Positions 26,515 through 40,514 of a stretch of DNA of 64,000 nt are shown here, one piece after another; the stretch's first letter is position 1; every line of letters begins with the position of its first letter. A model generated the notes under the pieces. It worked only from the letters and a program-made list of their open reading frames with translations, made no database searches and was not told where the DNA came from. The DNA comes from Octopus vulgaris (Eukaryota): the NCBI GenBank assembly GCA_951406725.2, contig OX597816.1, positions 99,448,001-99,512,000 on the forward strand, written 5' to 3'. The position numbers and the translations under genes are program-made.

Positions 26515-26933
26515 CTAGGCACAAGGCCCGAAGTTTTGCGGGAGAGGGCCAGTCGATTAGATCGACTCCAGTACGCATCTGGTACTTAATTTATCGACCC
26601 CGAAAGGATGAAAGGCATGATCGACCTCGACAGAATTGGAACTAAGAACACAAAGACAGATGGAATGCCTCTAAGCATTCCGCCCGGCGTGATAACATTT
26701 CTTATTTCTTTATTGCTCACAAGGGGCCAAACATAGAGGCGACAAACAAGGACAGACAAGGGGATTAAGTCGATTATATCGACCCCAGTGCGTAACTGGT
26801 ACTTATTTAATCGACCCCGAAAGGATGAAAGGCAAAGTCGACCTCGGCGGAATTTGAACTCAGAACGTAGCGGCAGACAAAATACCGCTGAGCATTTCGC
26901 CCAGCGTGCTAACGTTTCTGCCAGCTCGCCGCC
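26515..26933 (-). mobile_element. Two adjacent SINE family A copies
   Basis: Reverse complement of the family A core at ~26580-26645 and ~26797-26870; head at ~26900-26933. Confidence 0.85.
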
Positions 26934-27820
26934 TAAGATAAACCGAATAATGACATACATACGTACATACATACACACACTTATCTAGCGATGTGTATCG
27001 TCGTACTGGAAAATAGAGAGACTCAATGGATAATGTAGTCTGAGTGGAAGTCGTGGTGGAACACCATTCATCAAAGAGTTGATCTGTCAGAGCTGGCTTG
27101 AAGCTAAACAATAACGTCATTAAATAACATCATCGGCATTGTCATTGTGGCGGTCATTAACTTCATCACCGTCTTACAAGTGGCAGTACAAATAATAGTA
27201 GTCATCGTTGTAGAAGTTATCGTTGAAGTCGTTCTCGTAGTGGTCGTAGTCGTCGCAGTTGTAATCGTCGCAGTTTTAGTCTTCGCAGTCGGCGTCGTCG
27301 TCATCGTCGTCGCTAGCGTAGTAGTGACTGTTATCGTCGCAGTCGTAATCGTTCTCATCATCACCATTACCACAATTATAAGTATGAGGGCGTATCCTTC
27401 TTTCGAGAAATTGACAGCGATAATGCCGGAAAGAGTAGCCTCCCTTTGACCTGTGATGGATACAATACATCTCTGCCATTTTTTTTTTTTTTTTCACTTG
27501 CGGTACACTTGTATTCTTTTCAAAGTTCGGTAGTATACCTGAACTAAAAGTATAACTAAAAGTATGAGGAAAGAATTTTATTCATGCTTACACTGCGGCA
27601 CATCTAGCATCGTTTCATGACACACCAGTGTGCCGCGACATACCGGTTGTGGGGCACTGATCTAGGCTACGAAGGATAGAAGGATTTGTCCTTCCACCAT
27701 TCATGAAAAAGGGGTTTTCTGTTTTGTTTTAATATTTTTTTTTGATAGCTTTGTCAGAAATCGTACCAAGAGTCCCTTTCAGGGCATCCATGTCTTATGG
27801 AAGTAGAGAGAAGGTTAATT

Positions 27821-27872
<52 letters not shown>

Positions 27873-28114
27873 AATTTCGTATATAACTAGGATGCATGAT
27901 GGAAATATATGTGTGTGTGTGTGTGTGTGTGTTAATCCAATGCTAGGGTGGTGTTATTTTATTTATAGCGATATCTGAAACATGAATCGGTAACACTTAT
28001 CTCTGCGTGATTTTAAGTCAGAATGTAAAGGGACGTAACTATGGCATCGTCCGACACAATTCTGTTACTCCAACACCTCAAAAACATCCAAACCTGTTTC
28101 AATATTAGAATATC

Positions 28115-28332
28115 GTCAAAGCGGCAAGCAGGCAGAAACGTTAGCACGCCAGGCGAAATGCTTAGCAGTATTTCGTTTGACGCTACGTTCTGAGTTCAAA
28201 TTCCGCCGATGTCGACTTTTGCCTTTCATCCTTTCGGGGTCGATAAATTAAGTACCAGTTGCGTACTGAAGTCGATCTAATCGACTGGCTCCCTTCCAAA
28301 AAATTTCGGGCTCTGTGCCTATAGTAGAAAAG
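28115..28332 (+). mobile_element. Full-length SINE family A copy with 14-bp target-site duplication
   Basis: TSD AATATTAGAATATC at 28101-28114 and 28333-28346. Confidence 0.88.
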
Positions 28333-28689
28333 AATATTAGAATATCAACTGCGATGTACAAGAGTAGAAAACAGGCGCGGTCCCAGGAATTTTTTGAAAG
28401 AAGGGAACAAGGTCAGAAGGGAATACAATTCCAGGAGAAAAGGGTGTAATAACATTATTTAGAAGGGCGTACTTCTTTTCTTGAATGAGGCATGTGTCCC
28501 TCAGGTCCCCGCTTGGATTTGCTCCCCAAAAATATTACAAATATTTATATCCACTTTCGTATAACTAGAAACTTATATAGGCTCTCTTATGTAAACTTTA
28601 AAAGTAAGGTCTTTAAATCTCCTTGCTGATTACTGTGGCATATTATTTCACAGTGAGATCGGCTTAAAGCATTTGATGCTGCATCTGAT

Positions 28690-29760
28690 GACTTAGGAAT
28701 GCTAACTAAACTGTGGTAATGTACCAACCCGCATCAGGGTAGGCCCCTACTGTTCCTCAGATATATGTGAAAGATGAAGGGTTGGGTGTTGTCAATTCCT
28801 TTAAATACGTCGGCAGGATGGTTAACTCAAAGGAACTTTGGACACAGAAATTGCATCTCGCATTCAACAAACGGTAAAGTATTTTGGTTGTCTTGAGAAT
28901 CGTGTGTAGTTACAACGCTATGTTAAGCTCAGCACAAAAATTTCGGTTTATCGTGCATTTGTACTATCCACCTTTCTTTATTTGTCGGAAACACGAACTG
29001 TTTACAAGCAACACATAAAATCCTTAGAATGTTTTCATCAAAGGTGACTTCCTCAAATTCTAAGGATTAGCAGGAAATCGTTTACATTAGATATAGGTTT
29101 TAGAGAGACCAGGAATCTCATCGATTCACACTATGCAGGTTTCCAATCAGCTAAGGTGGGTGGACTAGCCATTTAATGTAGATGGAGGATGAGTGCATCT
29201 CTAAGCAGTTTTTCTATGAAGACCTATCTGCTGGGGAGCGAAAACAGGGTAAACCAAGAAAAAAAAACGGTATAAAGACCTGCTAAAGACCAGTTTGGTG
29301 GGGGGGGTTGAATATATCATACAAAAACGTTGGATTTATTACTCTTGATGCAAATATATAGCAAAATAAAAGAACTGGTCTGGAGTAGATTTTGAAGAAA
29401 ACAAAAGAAAAGTATGCAAAAGTGGAAAGAGTATGGCGGAAAAGTAACACAGAAATAGTCATCCTTCAGTTGTTCAACGTATAGTAAGACTTCTTTTCTA
29501 AGGCTGCTTAACTTCACATCTCAGAATTCATCTTCATACAGTCAGCTCACTCATATATGCCATATTTGTAGTGAAATATGTGAATCCCACGCTGGTCTAA
29601 AAAGGCATTTAAATATCCACAAAGACGAGACAAACAACACAGTGCTACTTGTGGTGAGACATATTTGCATTGTTTGCTATGTAAATTCCAAACAGCTCTC
29701 AGGACTCAAAAGCCACTTACGTGCGTGTACACGGTAAAACCATACCTTACAAGAAGTGGT
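28690..29760 (+). mobile_element. Decayed 3' part of an RTE/BovB-like LINE with C-terminal C2H2 zinc fingers
   Basis: LDTEIASRIQQ..KLSTKISVYRAFVLSTFLYLSETRTVYKQHIKSLECFHQR is typical of the RTE post-RT region; CHICSEICESHAGLKRHLNIH at 29558-29620. Confidence 0.8.
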
Positions 29761-29888
29761 CAAGATTTGAATAAGAATAGATTACCTCTATGCATGTGTA
29801 TGTGCTTGTACACACACACACACACACACATTTATAAATATGAAATACGCGCGATGGAAAAAATATTTGGCGGTATTTAACTTCCAGG

Positions 29889-30124
29889 AGGGCGGCGGCA
29901 AGCTGGCACAAACGTTAGCACACCGGGTGAAGTGCTTAGCGGTATTTCGTTTGCCGCTACGTTCTGAGTTCAAAATCCGCCTAGGTCGACTTTGCCTTTC
30001 ATCCTTTTGGGGTCGATAAATTAAGTACCAGTTACGCTCTGGGGTCGATGTAATCGACTTAATCCGTTTGTCTGTCCTTATTTGTCCTCTCTGTGTTTAG
30101 CCCCTTGTGGGTAGTAAAGAAATA
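29889..30124 (+). mobile_element. Full-length SINE family A copy with 17-bp target-site duplication
   Basis: TSD GGTATTTAACTTCCAGG at 29872-29888 and 30125-30141. Confidence 0.88.
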
Positions 30125-30666
30125 GGTATTTAACTTCCAGGTCACTTTACCTTTTTCACCCCTGAGGTCAATAAAATAGGTACCAGGCAAAGTACTAAGG
30201 TTGTTATTGTCGTCTAAGACCCCCGACGGTGAGACCCAACAAGTGAAAACATTTACAGAATAAAAGAATACAAATTTTCTTATATTCTTATGCAGTCACG
30301 CACATGGGCACGTGCTAGCATTATGTAGTAGAATAGAGGTCGGATGTTACTCTGCAGATGCGAACTTTCCTATTGATTTTAGAGAGAAAGAGAATATTAA
30401 TGGATAACTTTGATTCTTCCTACGAGTTTGCTAGTCTCTACATAAATTATGGCTGATTCATGGAGAAGCAAGGATAAATTGCTGCTTTACTGATTCCAAA
30501 CTCAATGGGAGCAACTGTTCCCAACCAAACCAACGGAAGTGTGTAGCAACTATTTCCAGCTGAGCATACTCGAAGAACATAATGGCTCACAAACAACAGC
30601 ATTAAAAGAGATTCACCTGGAGAGAATATAGTGTACTCCTTCAATAGAGGTAGTACAAACTGCCTA

Positions 30667-31196
30667 GGATCTTTTCGGTTTGAACGACAGTTTTTTCTAG
30701 CAGTGTCATATGAAATTGTCACCCATAATTATGACCCTAGTATCGATCTATTGCATTTCTATCAGTTTTAGGGGGATATTTTCGGTTTGAACGGCAGTTT
30801 TTAACATAATTTCTAGGTAACTAAAAAATTTTAAACTTCGTATACAGTTAGAATGTGTTTATAAAACACCTTTTTCTCTTGGCTTTATTGAGAAAATTCT
30901 ATAGTTTGTAAGATATTTGTTGTTTTTTTTTCTTCAATTTCTGCAATTTCAACCAATCAAATACGTCTATTGAGGTAAAAAAAAACATTCTGTGCCGTAT
31001 GAATGTCCCTCGTTTAAGAAACAGATTGGGTTTATTTACATTTGTGAAGAAAAAAAGATACCCTTCCCCCCACCTCTAACCCTAACTAACCCTAAAACAG
31101 ATTGAAATGCAATAGATCGATTTTAGGGTCATAATTATGGGTAACAATTTCATATGACACCGCTAGAAAAAACTGCCGTTCAAACCGAAAAGATCC
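30667..31196. mobile_element. MITE with ~107-bp terminal inverted repeats
   Basis: GGATCTTTTCGGTTTGAACG..TTTTAGGG at left and its reverse complement at 31090-31196; internal partial TIR copy at ~30774. Confidence 0.85.
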
Positions 31197-32199
31197 AAGC
31201 GCTCTACTATTACCCCACAAACACGTGGCATTCGGAATACACAAGGCAATGAGTGATTGCAATTCCAGAGACACAATCATTGCGGGAAATCATTGCAGGA
31301 AATCAATATGAGTAATAAATCATCGTTTTGTGTATATTACTGACGCAACTGGTTGGATGGATTCTGAAATTATTCAGAACAAGCGAATGGGAGACTATGT
31401 TGGTCCTGTGGAGGACATCTGGATTATTTCCTCCAATTATAGTCGCCAAATTGTTTCAAATACAGTGGAACTTTAGACAACCCAACTCTGTTACATCAGA
31501 ACGCCCCAATTTAAGAGATGAGCAACCGGGTGAGACTGAAAGAACAGGCACTGTATTCTCTGGGGTGGAAGGCGCGAAAGGTACGCTAGTACTCTGATGG
31601 CGTCCCAGTTCAAAGATTAAACGTTATGTTAATCCCTGAACTGGATGCCACAGCATGGTACCAAAGGTTTCGCCCATGCTACCTAGAATTAGAACCGATA
31701 GTGTAGCAGTTTAGAGTTTAAAAGCTCAGAACTCTTCAATACTTTACCTAAAACTTCAAAGATTTGTTTGAAGTGGATGTAGTGTTTCGGGGTTTGTTTG
31801 TTTGTTTTTTTTAATAAATCCAGATATCCTTTTTTATCCTGGATCCCGAACGAGCCTGCATCACGGCAAATATCACAAACCAGAACAAAGATATCCAACT
31901 CACTTATTCACTAAAAAAACAACCACAAATGGAGGGCTGCAAAAAATTAAATGAAAGTAACATTAATGATGGTGCTCTAGCAATACCAGGCAGCAACTGA
32001 TAAAATATTAAAATAGTATAAAAGAACAGTAGTTTCGAAACTCACAACGTATCAACCGACATTGTAAATTTACATTTATATCCATAATTTATCATTGCTG
32101 TATCTGGTTATATTACTAAATGTCCTCATGTGAAATTTCGAAATCTTACGTTTCCAGACAAAGAAAACGACCTTCTGACACCCATTTTGAGAATTCAGG

Positions 32200-32735
32200 G
32201 TTGGAATTCCAGTTTAAGTATACCGTGTAACCCCTCATAACTTTTTTACTTTTTTGAATTTTTAGAAAATGTTGGCGAATTTGTGTTCTACACACGGGGC
32301 TTCATACGATTGTGTAAAAAATAAATTGTGTGTGATTTAAGGGCGATCTAGCTGTTGTTTTTAGCACATCTCACGACCACCTGATATCTTACTCGTTTCT
32401 TTGTCACTCTGACATGTATTAATGTTTCTCCGTATTTTTCTCCTGACAAACATATTTAATGGGATGATGATGATGTACCCAGGGGTGGTCGATTCCTGGA
32501 TTTAAGCATAAAATTCGGACTCTCTGTATTTTAAACTCTAATTTATAAAAAGAAAATCTAAATAGAGTGGAAATTTTCGGATTTATATGAGCGGGGAGGA
32601 GTTTTGATTTTTTTTCTAGTCATAATGGTATGAATTCCCATGGGTAGAGCACAAGTTCGCAAGAATTTTCTGGAAATTCAAAAAACAAAAATTTAAAAGT
32701 TAGTTATATGGGAGCCGTAAACCAGAATCCCGCCA
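32200..32735. mobile_element. Old MITE with degenerate long inverted repeats
   Basis: TTTTTGAATTTTTAGAAAATGTTGGCGAATTTGTGTTCTAC (~32251) versus GTAGAGCACAAGTTCGCAAGAATTTTCTGGAAATTCAAAAA (~32644). Confidence 0.6.
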
Positions 32736-35084
32736 GTTCGATCTGTACGAGGAACAATATAACTATGTAAGGCGTTCGCTCATTTCAAACTCAATTGTTG
32801 TTATCTAAATTCAAACTCTCCATTGTTTTTATCTAAAGAGCTCTGTTTCTTTGCTACAAAAACCACCTCTAGCCTTATTAGCTAAAATTCAAATTATTTA
32901 GAAGATAATCTACGTGTATGTAAAAGTATATTTACGTGTACGTACACATGTACTGAAATGAGCAAGTATTTGAAACTAGCTTCACTTACATGGGGAAACT
33001 TTGCCACGATGTTAGTGAAAGGCTGACATTCCGTTGATAGTAGAAATAAATTGTAATTACATAATCTTTTATCGTTGCAATGAATAAGGTAGAGTTGTCT
33101 CCCTTACAACGTCTGTATTTCAGTTCATTCAGACAAACTAACTACGACGTTTGTATTTTTATATCGCAAGTTTTTAGTTCGTCTACCACCATCACCACTA
33201 CCACCACCATCATCATCATCGTCATCATTTTCATCATCCTTACCCTTTATATTATTATCACAATCTTAATACAACATATGCAGCACCAAATGAACTGATA
33301 TATCCCCAGAAAGTATAAATTGGTGAAGAGTTTTTCTGCTTATCTTCTGTTAATTTTCTTTTTTTTTTTTCTCTATAGGATTCTGCACTCTAATATTTTT
33401 TAATGTTGAATTTGTAGTGTTTATGCTTCTCTTAAAATCTTTTAGTGATATAACTGAATTAAAAGACATGCAAATGGAAACTGTAACAAAAATCGAAGAA
33501 TTATTTCACCAAGGTCATACCACTGATATACAATACCTGTCACCCTTGTACTGCCTGACTGAGCCAATGGGAGACCATTTATATAAATAAACACAACTAT
33601 AATGCAGTACCATTTTGCAATCCTATTCAGATAGGAAGTGTCTGTGATCATACAGCTTGTATAAATACAATAGACATTTCTCCTTGAATAAGCACAATTC
33701 TGTCTTTAAAATGGGAACCCCAAGTTTTATGTTTAACATGTTCTGCAATAACTACACTTTATACCATTGGTCAAATGCTAAAGCCTACGCACCAGCTCTC
33801 TTGTCTCTATATCAGTTATACTTGCTCTGCAGCTTGAATTCAATCAGTTACGTCTGCATAACAAGACTTCTTAAGAATTAATTGAATTCATTCAACAACA
33901 ATTTCATTTTTATGATTTCACATCGCTATCATATCACCTTAATTCAGTTAATGAAAAATTTATAGAAATGCACTGAGATAGTTTGTATCAATATCATAGA
34001 ACATTTCCACTAAACTTTGACTTTATGTAATAACCTTTCTCACTATCTGAAGAAAAGTAATTCTAAAACGTTGTCTCTATCTTAATAGCAATCAAAATAG
34101 TAGAAGAGGAGTTGAGTTTGTAGCAAATCAAATTTGCAGCTCACTAATTTTCAACTCAAGTTCAGTTCTTAGTTATAGTTATTTCGCTTATTCTGATAAT
34201 TTCTTTCAAAAAGAAATAAAAGTTTGAATAGGTATTCTTAATTATTTAAAATAATATCTAATAAGTAAGGAAATTTGCATTTATTTATCTCAATATTAAG
34301 GTTAATTACTTTCTGGGCTACATCATAAGAATATATATCATTCTCAATATTTGACTGGCACACTGGTTTTTTTTTGTTTTTTTTATGTTTGTAGAGTAAC
34401 AGACATGCATTGTTGAATATATTTACATTCTTTTACTAATCGTTCCAGATTTTAAAATATGTGTACTAATAGCAAAGTTAGAAAAAAATATCAAGGCGTC
34501 TTTGAATGTTTTCATGCACACCCTCTCTCCAATGGTGACTGTGGCAGAAACAATATTACTATGTCCTCTTTAGCCTGAGTTGAAAGGAACGCTTTTGAAA
34601 TATTTTTTATGGTTGATGCTCTGCTAGATACCAACTTTTTAGTTGCCTCTAACAATATGTGGAATACCTATTCTAAAAACTGGAGAACATATAGAATTAA
34701 TAAGTAATTAATTAGGTTTCTATTGATGGATAAATAAATTATTATATACACCTATTAATTAGTTATGTTTAACTACTAGTGTAGTTTCATTTATTTTTAT
34801 TTATAGGTGTCAATATAATTGACTATACCCCTGCTCAAAGAATATGTGGTCTTGAGCCAATATTGAACTTTTTATTAACGGAATCAATGGATCATCAGAC
34901 AAAATGTTTTGTCATCATATTTAATTATGACTCTTTACATTCTGAGTACAATTCTAAACATGGGTGACTTTATCTTTCATCCATCTAAAGTGGATAAAAC
35001 AAAGTATCAATAAAGTACATCTTATCTATACAATCCTAGCTCCAAATCTGTGGTCTTGTGCCAGTCATCATCATCATTGCCATA

Positions 35085-35375
35085 TCATCATCATCATCAT
35101 TTGACATCCATTTTCCATGTTGGCATGTGTTGGATGGCTTGACAGGAACTGGTAAGGCTAGGGGCTGCACCAGGTTCCATAATATGTTTTGGCTTGATTT
35201 TTATGGCTGGATGCCCTTCCTAATGCCAACCACTCCACAGAGTGTACTGGGTGTTTTTTACATGGCACCATCACAGGTGCTTTTTAAATGCCACCAGCAT
35301 CAGTACTTTTTACATGGCGCCTTGGTTTAGGATCTCAATTCTGCTGTGGTGGGCAGGTCTTTTCAAGTACAGCGA
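35085..35375 (-). mobile_element. RTE-type 3'-end / SINE-like fragment with (ATG)n tail
   Basis: GGCTGGATGCCCTTCCTAATGCCAACCAC is shared with 54928-54955; adjacent (CAT)n on the plus strand. Confidence 0.65.
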
Positions 35376-38300
35376 TTCTTATTGCTATTTCTAGTATTAT
35401 CTTCTTCATGATCATTAACAATGAGGAAATCTCTGTGATTGTTCAACCTGCTAAAAATAACAGTCAGGTCTCTCTTGACATTCTCTCAAAAAATGAAAAG
35501 GCAGTATTGGATAATGTATACTGATATAAACTGTCTTAAAATATGGAATGGTCAAGGTTAGAATGCTTTTGATCATATGCCAGATCAAACGGAGCTGACC
35601 TTGGGCTAAACAACAACAACAAGGTTAACATATTTTCAAGGAAGATCTGACTGTAATCAAAGTTTGACAAAATCAATAATGTATCTAACAATAAAAAATC
35701 ATTGATCCTAACGTATAACAAAGCATTTCTTCTCTATATAGGTACCATCTGGTCCATGTTCTGTTTACAATGATTTCTTCACTTAACAGTTGTTGTTTAG
35801 TCTCAAACCAGGCCTCATGAAACAGTGTGTGATCAAAGGTTTTCCAGCTACGACCATATCATCTTTTCTTCAGGCATAATATATCTTGGATAACATTCTC
35901 CAATGTTCTTTTTTCTTTTTTAAGACTGTAGTGTATAACCTGAGGATGTTACTTCAAGAGAGAATTGCTATGCCATCTCTACTGGACTAGTTTCTCTCTT
36001 ACCTTGATATCTTCTGTAAATAAGAATGTATTAATTCAACTATCACCCTCATCCTTCTAATTTTCTTTTTCCTGTTACTCATTGGCTTTGACATTGTAAA
36101 TCATGTAGCCAATTTGAATGAGTGAACCCTTCTCCTATAAATGTTAATTTTGTTTTGACTAAACTTAAAATTACAAAGCTGAAATGCTACAACATTATGT
36201 GAATTCATCTTTACATAGCATAGCTGAGTAAGCAAAGTGCACATGCCATATATTTCCACTTGTTACACAACCATAATGTAATGTAAATTTGTAATTATTG
36301 TTTAATGCTGAAAATGTGACCCAATTAATTTACACTAGTTATTTGTATTGCAGTTTTGCTTGACAGTATAAAGTTTAAATTGAAAATGTACACTATAAAA
36401 TCCTTCTTACCTATTTAAAAATCCCAGCAAGATTTAATGGGATGCTTATTATGACAATGTCTATGATATTTTAGTTATAACATGATTCGTTCAACCAGTT
36501 TTATTTATGAGAAAAATAATAATTAGATTCAATTATTATACAATGAGTTTAATCCAACAAACTAGGAAAATAAAATAGCTAGTCTGTTAATTAGAATCTT
36601 ATTAAAATTAATTAAATAAGTTTACCTATTTATCATTGCCTTTCAATGTTATTATCATAATTTGTCTAATTTAAAGTGTGTTAGATCTCAAAAGTATTCT
36701 GAATATTGGATCAACTTTACACAACCAGTCATTCATGAATAAAAAGATCAGAATTACTGAATCAAAATTGATAGCTTGCAAGTATTTAAATCAAAGTGTA
36801 TTGGATCTCGGAAGTATTCAGAGTGTTGGATCAACTTTAAGCATACAATTCTTCATAAACATTGAAGGCAGTATTGTACTTCAACAGTAGAACAAGTACA
36901 GAGTCACTGAATCAGAATCAAAAACTTGCAAGCATTTAATATGGGGGGAACTGAATCTTGCAAATATTCTAAGCACTGGATCAACCAATACACTCTATTT
37001 TCATACAAATTAAAAGCAGTATATGCACATAACATAGGGTCACTTAAATTGCAATGACTATAGCATATGCTAGTCTTATTACTAGACTAATCCAGTACTG
37101 AGAATATAATGGATCTATTTTTGTTATCAAAGCATTTTCTGATAAGCTTTAACTACTGCAGGGTAATGATTAGAAATGATTTCATAAACATTTTGACCAA
37201 AACACCCCAATTTTTTTTTAATACACAAATAAGATGTAATTGTTTTACAAGAGGTTTCTTTTGCATTTATACTAATTTCAGAGTTGAATTAAAATCTGTT
37301 AGCTACATCACTTTTAAAGTATTAGCTTTCACTAAAATATTTCCTTGCATGCAATTACAGTGGATCTAAAATCTAAAATCTTCAAGATAATATTCTCCAA
37401 GTGTTTTCAGCTTCAATCTTCAAATTTATTGAAATTTTATGATTAAAAAAATAAAATACAGGTTAAAAATGTTCAATCAATTTTTGATATTGAATACTAA
37501 AAGAAAACAGAATAATTATACAGAGAAGAGTCTGGTTTTTAACTAATGCTCCCAAGAATGAAAACAAAATCTTTACTGAAATTTTATTCACCAAAAAATA
37601 TCATTCTTATGGAAAGGTATTAAAAAAAACTTTAGGTTAAATGGGTTTAATTTTTCCATAAACAAAATGTCCCTGGAAACATTAGCAGAAAGTACCAACT
37701 GATAACATTAGATTAACTGCTCGGCTGTCTATGTTGATTTGATATAATGCCATTGAAAGAAATTAAATCTAATCCTTCATAAAGAAACAGGAAATTTAAG
37801 ATGTTTAGGAAATGATGCAAGCATAGCCATGTGGCACAATAAGTTTGTGTTACAGTCACATGTTTTTATGTCCAGTTTTACTGTATCATGTCTCAGGCAA
37901 GTGTTTTCTGCTGGAGACATGAATTGACTAATGCTTTAGTAAGTAGAATATGATAAACAAATAAGTATGTGGAACTCCATAGTAAATGTGGGTGGGGGGC
38001 ATGTATATATGTATTTATACATACATATATATGTGTGTTTCTGTGTGTGGGTATGTACATGTTTGTGTGTATGTGTGTGCATGCATGTGTATGTGTGCAT
38101 GTGTGTGTGTGTATGCATGCTTGTGTGTGCATGTGCTTGTGTGTGTGTATGTATGAGCCCATGTCACAATCAGTGTTGACATGCTTCACTTCATACTGCC
38201 TTAGAGACAGATAACAGAGATGATGAAATTTGTAGTGGAGAGAAACAGCTACTGGGATGAATATGATCAACTAAACCCTTAAAGAAGGCTCAGAATCATA

Positions 38301-40514
38301 GCCACAGTCTAATAACTAAAACCAGTGCAAGAATAGGAATAGGAAACTTGAAATCTCAATGCCTTTATCAAAAATACTAGCAGCTTTAGCAAGTTGGAAT
38401 GGCTTTATGTAGAAATCAAAATCAGATGACCAAAAGAAAAGCAAGAAGCAAGATATTTGTTCGATGTTTGGCAGTGTGTGATATGGGAGGGTATGGCTGG
38501 AGGTGATATGGTGCAGCAGTATGGTGTAAGCAATGTGAGATACTTAATATAGTTCTGCGTGGTATATTGTGTCTCAGCGTATGTTGTGATATTTAGCAGT
38601 GTATGAAATGATGTCTAGTTATATAACATCCAGTGTGTAGCCATATGTGATATAGTGTGCCAATATGTATGGTGTGTAACAGTGAGTAATAAGGTATATA
38701 ATAATGTATATGTGTTCTGTTGTATTTAGTAGTGTTGAATATGGAGTGAAGCAGTATTTTACATAGCATGTTGTAGTGTGAAATATGCTGCATAGCAGTG
38801 GATGATGTTGTGTGTAGGTGTGTACTACTGAAGGGAAGAACAGCATATATATATTGTAGCAGTGTCTGAAGCAATATGTTCCAGTACAGAATATTCTATT
38901 ACAGTATTTCATATTGAATGAAAATATGAAATGTGTGAACACAGATTTTTGCCATTCTTGCTTTTTATTTTTTTTTTTTTTTTGATAGCCATATAAATGC
39001 ATTTGGGGATATGGGGCTTGCAGATTGAGCTAACCCCCAACCTCAGTATATATCTGGTACTTATATCATTGATTCCAAACAGTGATGAAGAAGAAAATGG
39101 ACATCAGTCAGGTTTCAACCAAGTGAATATAATAAGATAAAATTAAATACATTTTGAAGTTTAGTCCAATACTTTACCAATTCTGTAATTCATTCATTCA
39201 TGATTGTAAAGGTTGCTGACCTTGTGCAAATATCATTTCTAATTGATATTAGCACAAGGTCAGCAACCTTTGCAATCATTTGTCTTCAATTTTGCAAATT
39301 CCCACACATAACATGAAAGTACTAATTCTACCACATGTTCTCTTCTACTTCTGTAACTCACATTGGCACAAGGTTACAAGTTGTCAGATTAGGTGTGTAG
39401 CCACTTGAAATGACCCATGTTTGCTTCATTAAAAAATGATATTCCTGTCTTTGAGCATTTAATTGTTGAGGTTTTAAAAGAAATGTATCTGTAAACTATA
39501 ATACCGAGCTGACTGTACACAGTGCTCAGGTATACTGCAATTCACCAGAAAAGGGTGAAAGAGTTGACAGAGAGCAGTAATAAACCAAGTGAAGAAAAAT
39601 AGCAATGATAGTAAAAAGTACCTACTTAGTACTCAGGATAAAACACAAAAAGATAGAAAAATGAACAGTAAACAAGCTATAAATAAGAGAAGGTGCCTGG
39701 AAGTGTTGGTGGATTTTGGGAAGAATGGAATTTTTTTAATGTATTGAGATCTCTGATTGCAAACAGCCAAAGCAGGTAGTTTATTCGATGCTTTGACAAT
39801 TCTGAGCATAAAAATGTATTGCTGAATGTCATGGATGTTGTGCTCTTTTTGATTTTATAAGCATGTCTATGGACAGCAGAGATACTGAATTCAAAAAGAT
39901 AGCCAAAGTTGTTGCTCAATAGATAGCTGATAATCTTGCAGTCTTCTACCATGTCAGCTGTTAAACATTAACACGGAAAATTTTTCTACAACATGCTAAC
40001 AATTTGGTCAGCTCACTGCCCTATTCTGCCTGCTCAATATTATTAGTATTATTATTGAAGGAGATAGCAACGCATGCCATCAAAGTGACACTGGGATACA
40101 AAGATTTGAAGCTAATTATACCAATTGTGACTACCTGTCTGATAAGTGTACACTGGGTACATGCATCATGACCATATGTGCATGACATAGTGATTTCATA
40201 TTAAGGTAAACAGTGCATGACCTTGCAGGTGAGACCCAATTAGAACTTTCTTCAAGTCAAGGAGCCTATCCCACTTAAAAGGTCCCTGGATAAGGGTTGT
40301 GTAAGGATGTTGAACAAAACACCCTTGTTTCCCGAGGTCAATTATTCAAACCCCAAAGAGGTACTCTCAAAACATGTTACTGAGCAGAATATTTACTGTA
40401 GCCCATCTTTTACACCAAGGCAAAATATGTACATAATAACATTTTCAATCAGTTAAGATTAGAACCTATGAGAACCAGTAGCTGGTATTGCATCAAGGCA
40501 TTTATTATTATTGT

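Noticed and set aside
31076-31096. Telomere-like CTAACCCTAA repeats
   Set aside because: Only about two units, inside a MITE.
38460-38900. His/Tyr-rich ORFs
   Set aside because: Decayed pentanucleotide (TGTAG/TATAG-like) satellite.
39677-39952. 91-aa minus-strand ORF as a host exon
   Set aside because: No recognisable motif or convincing splice sites.
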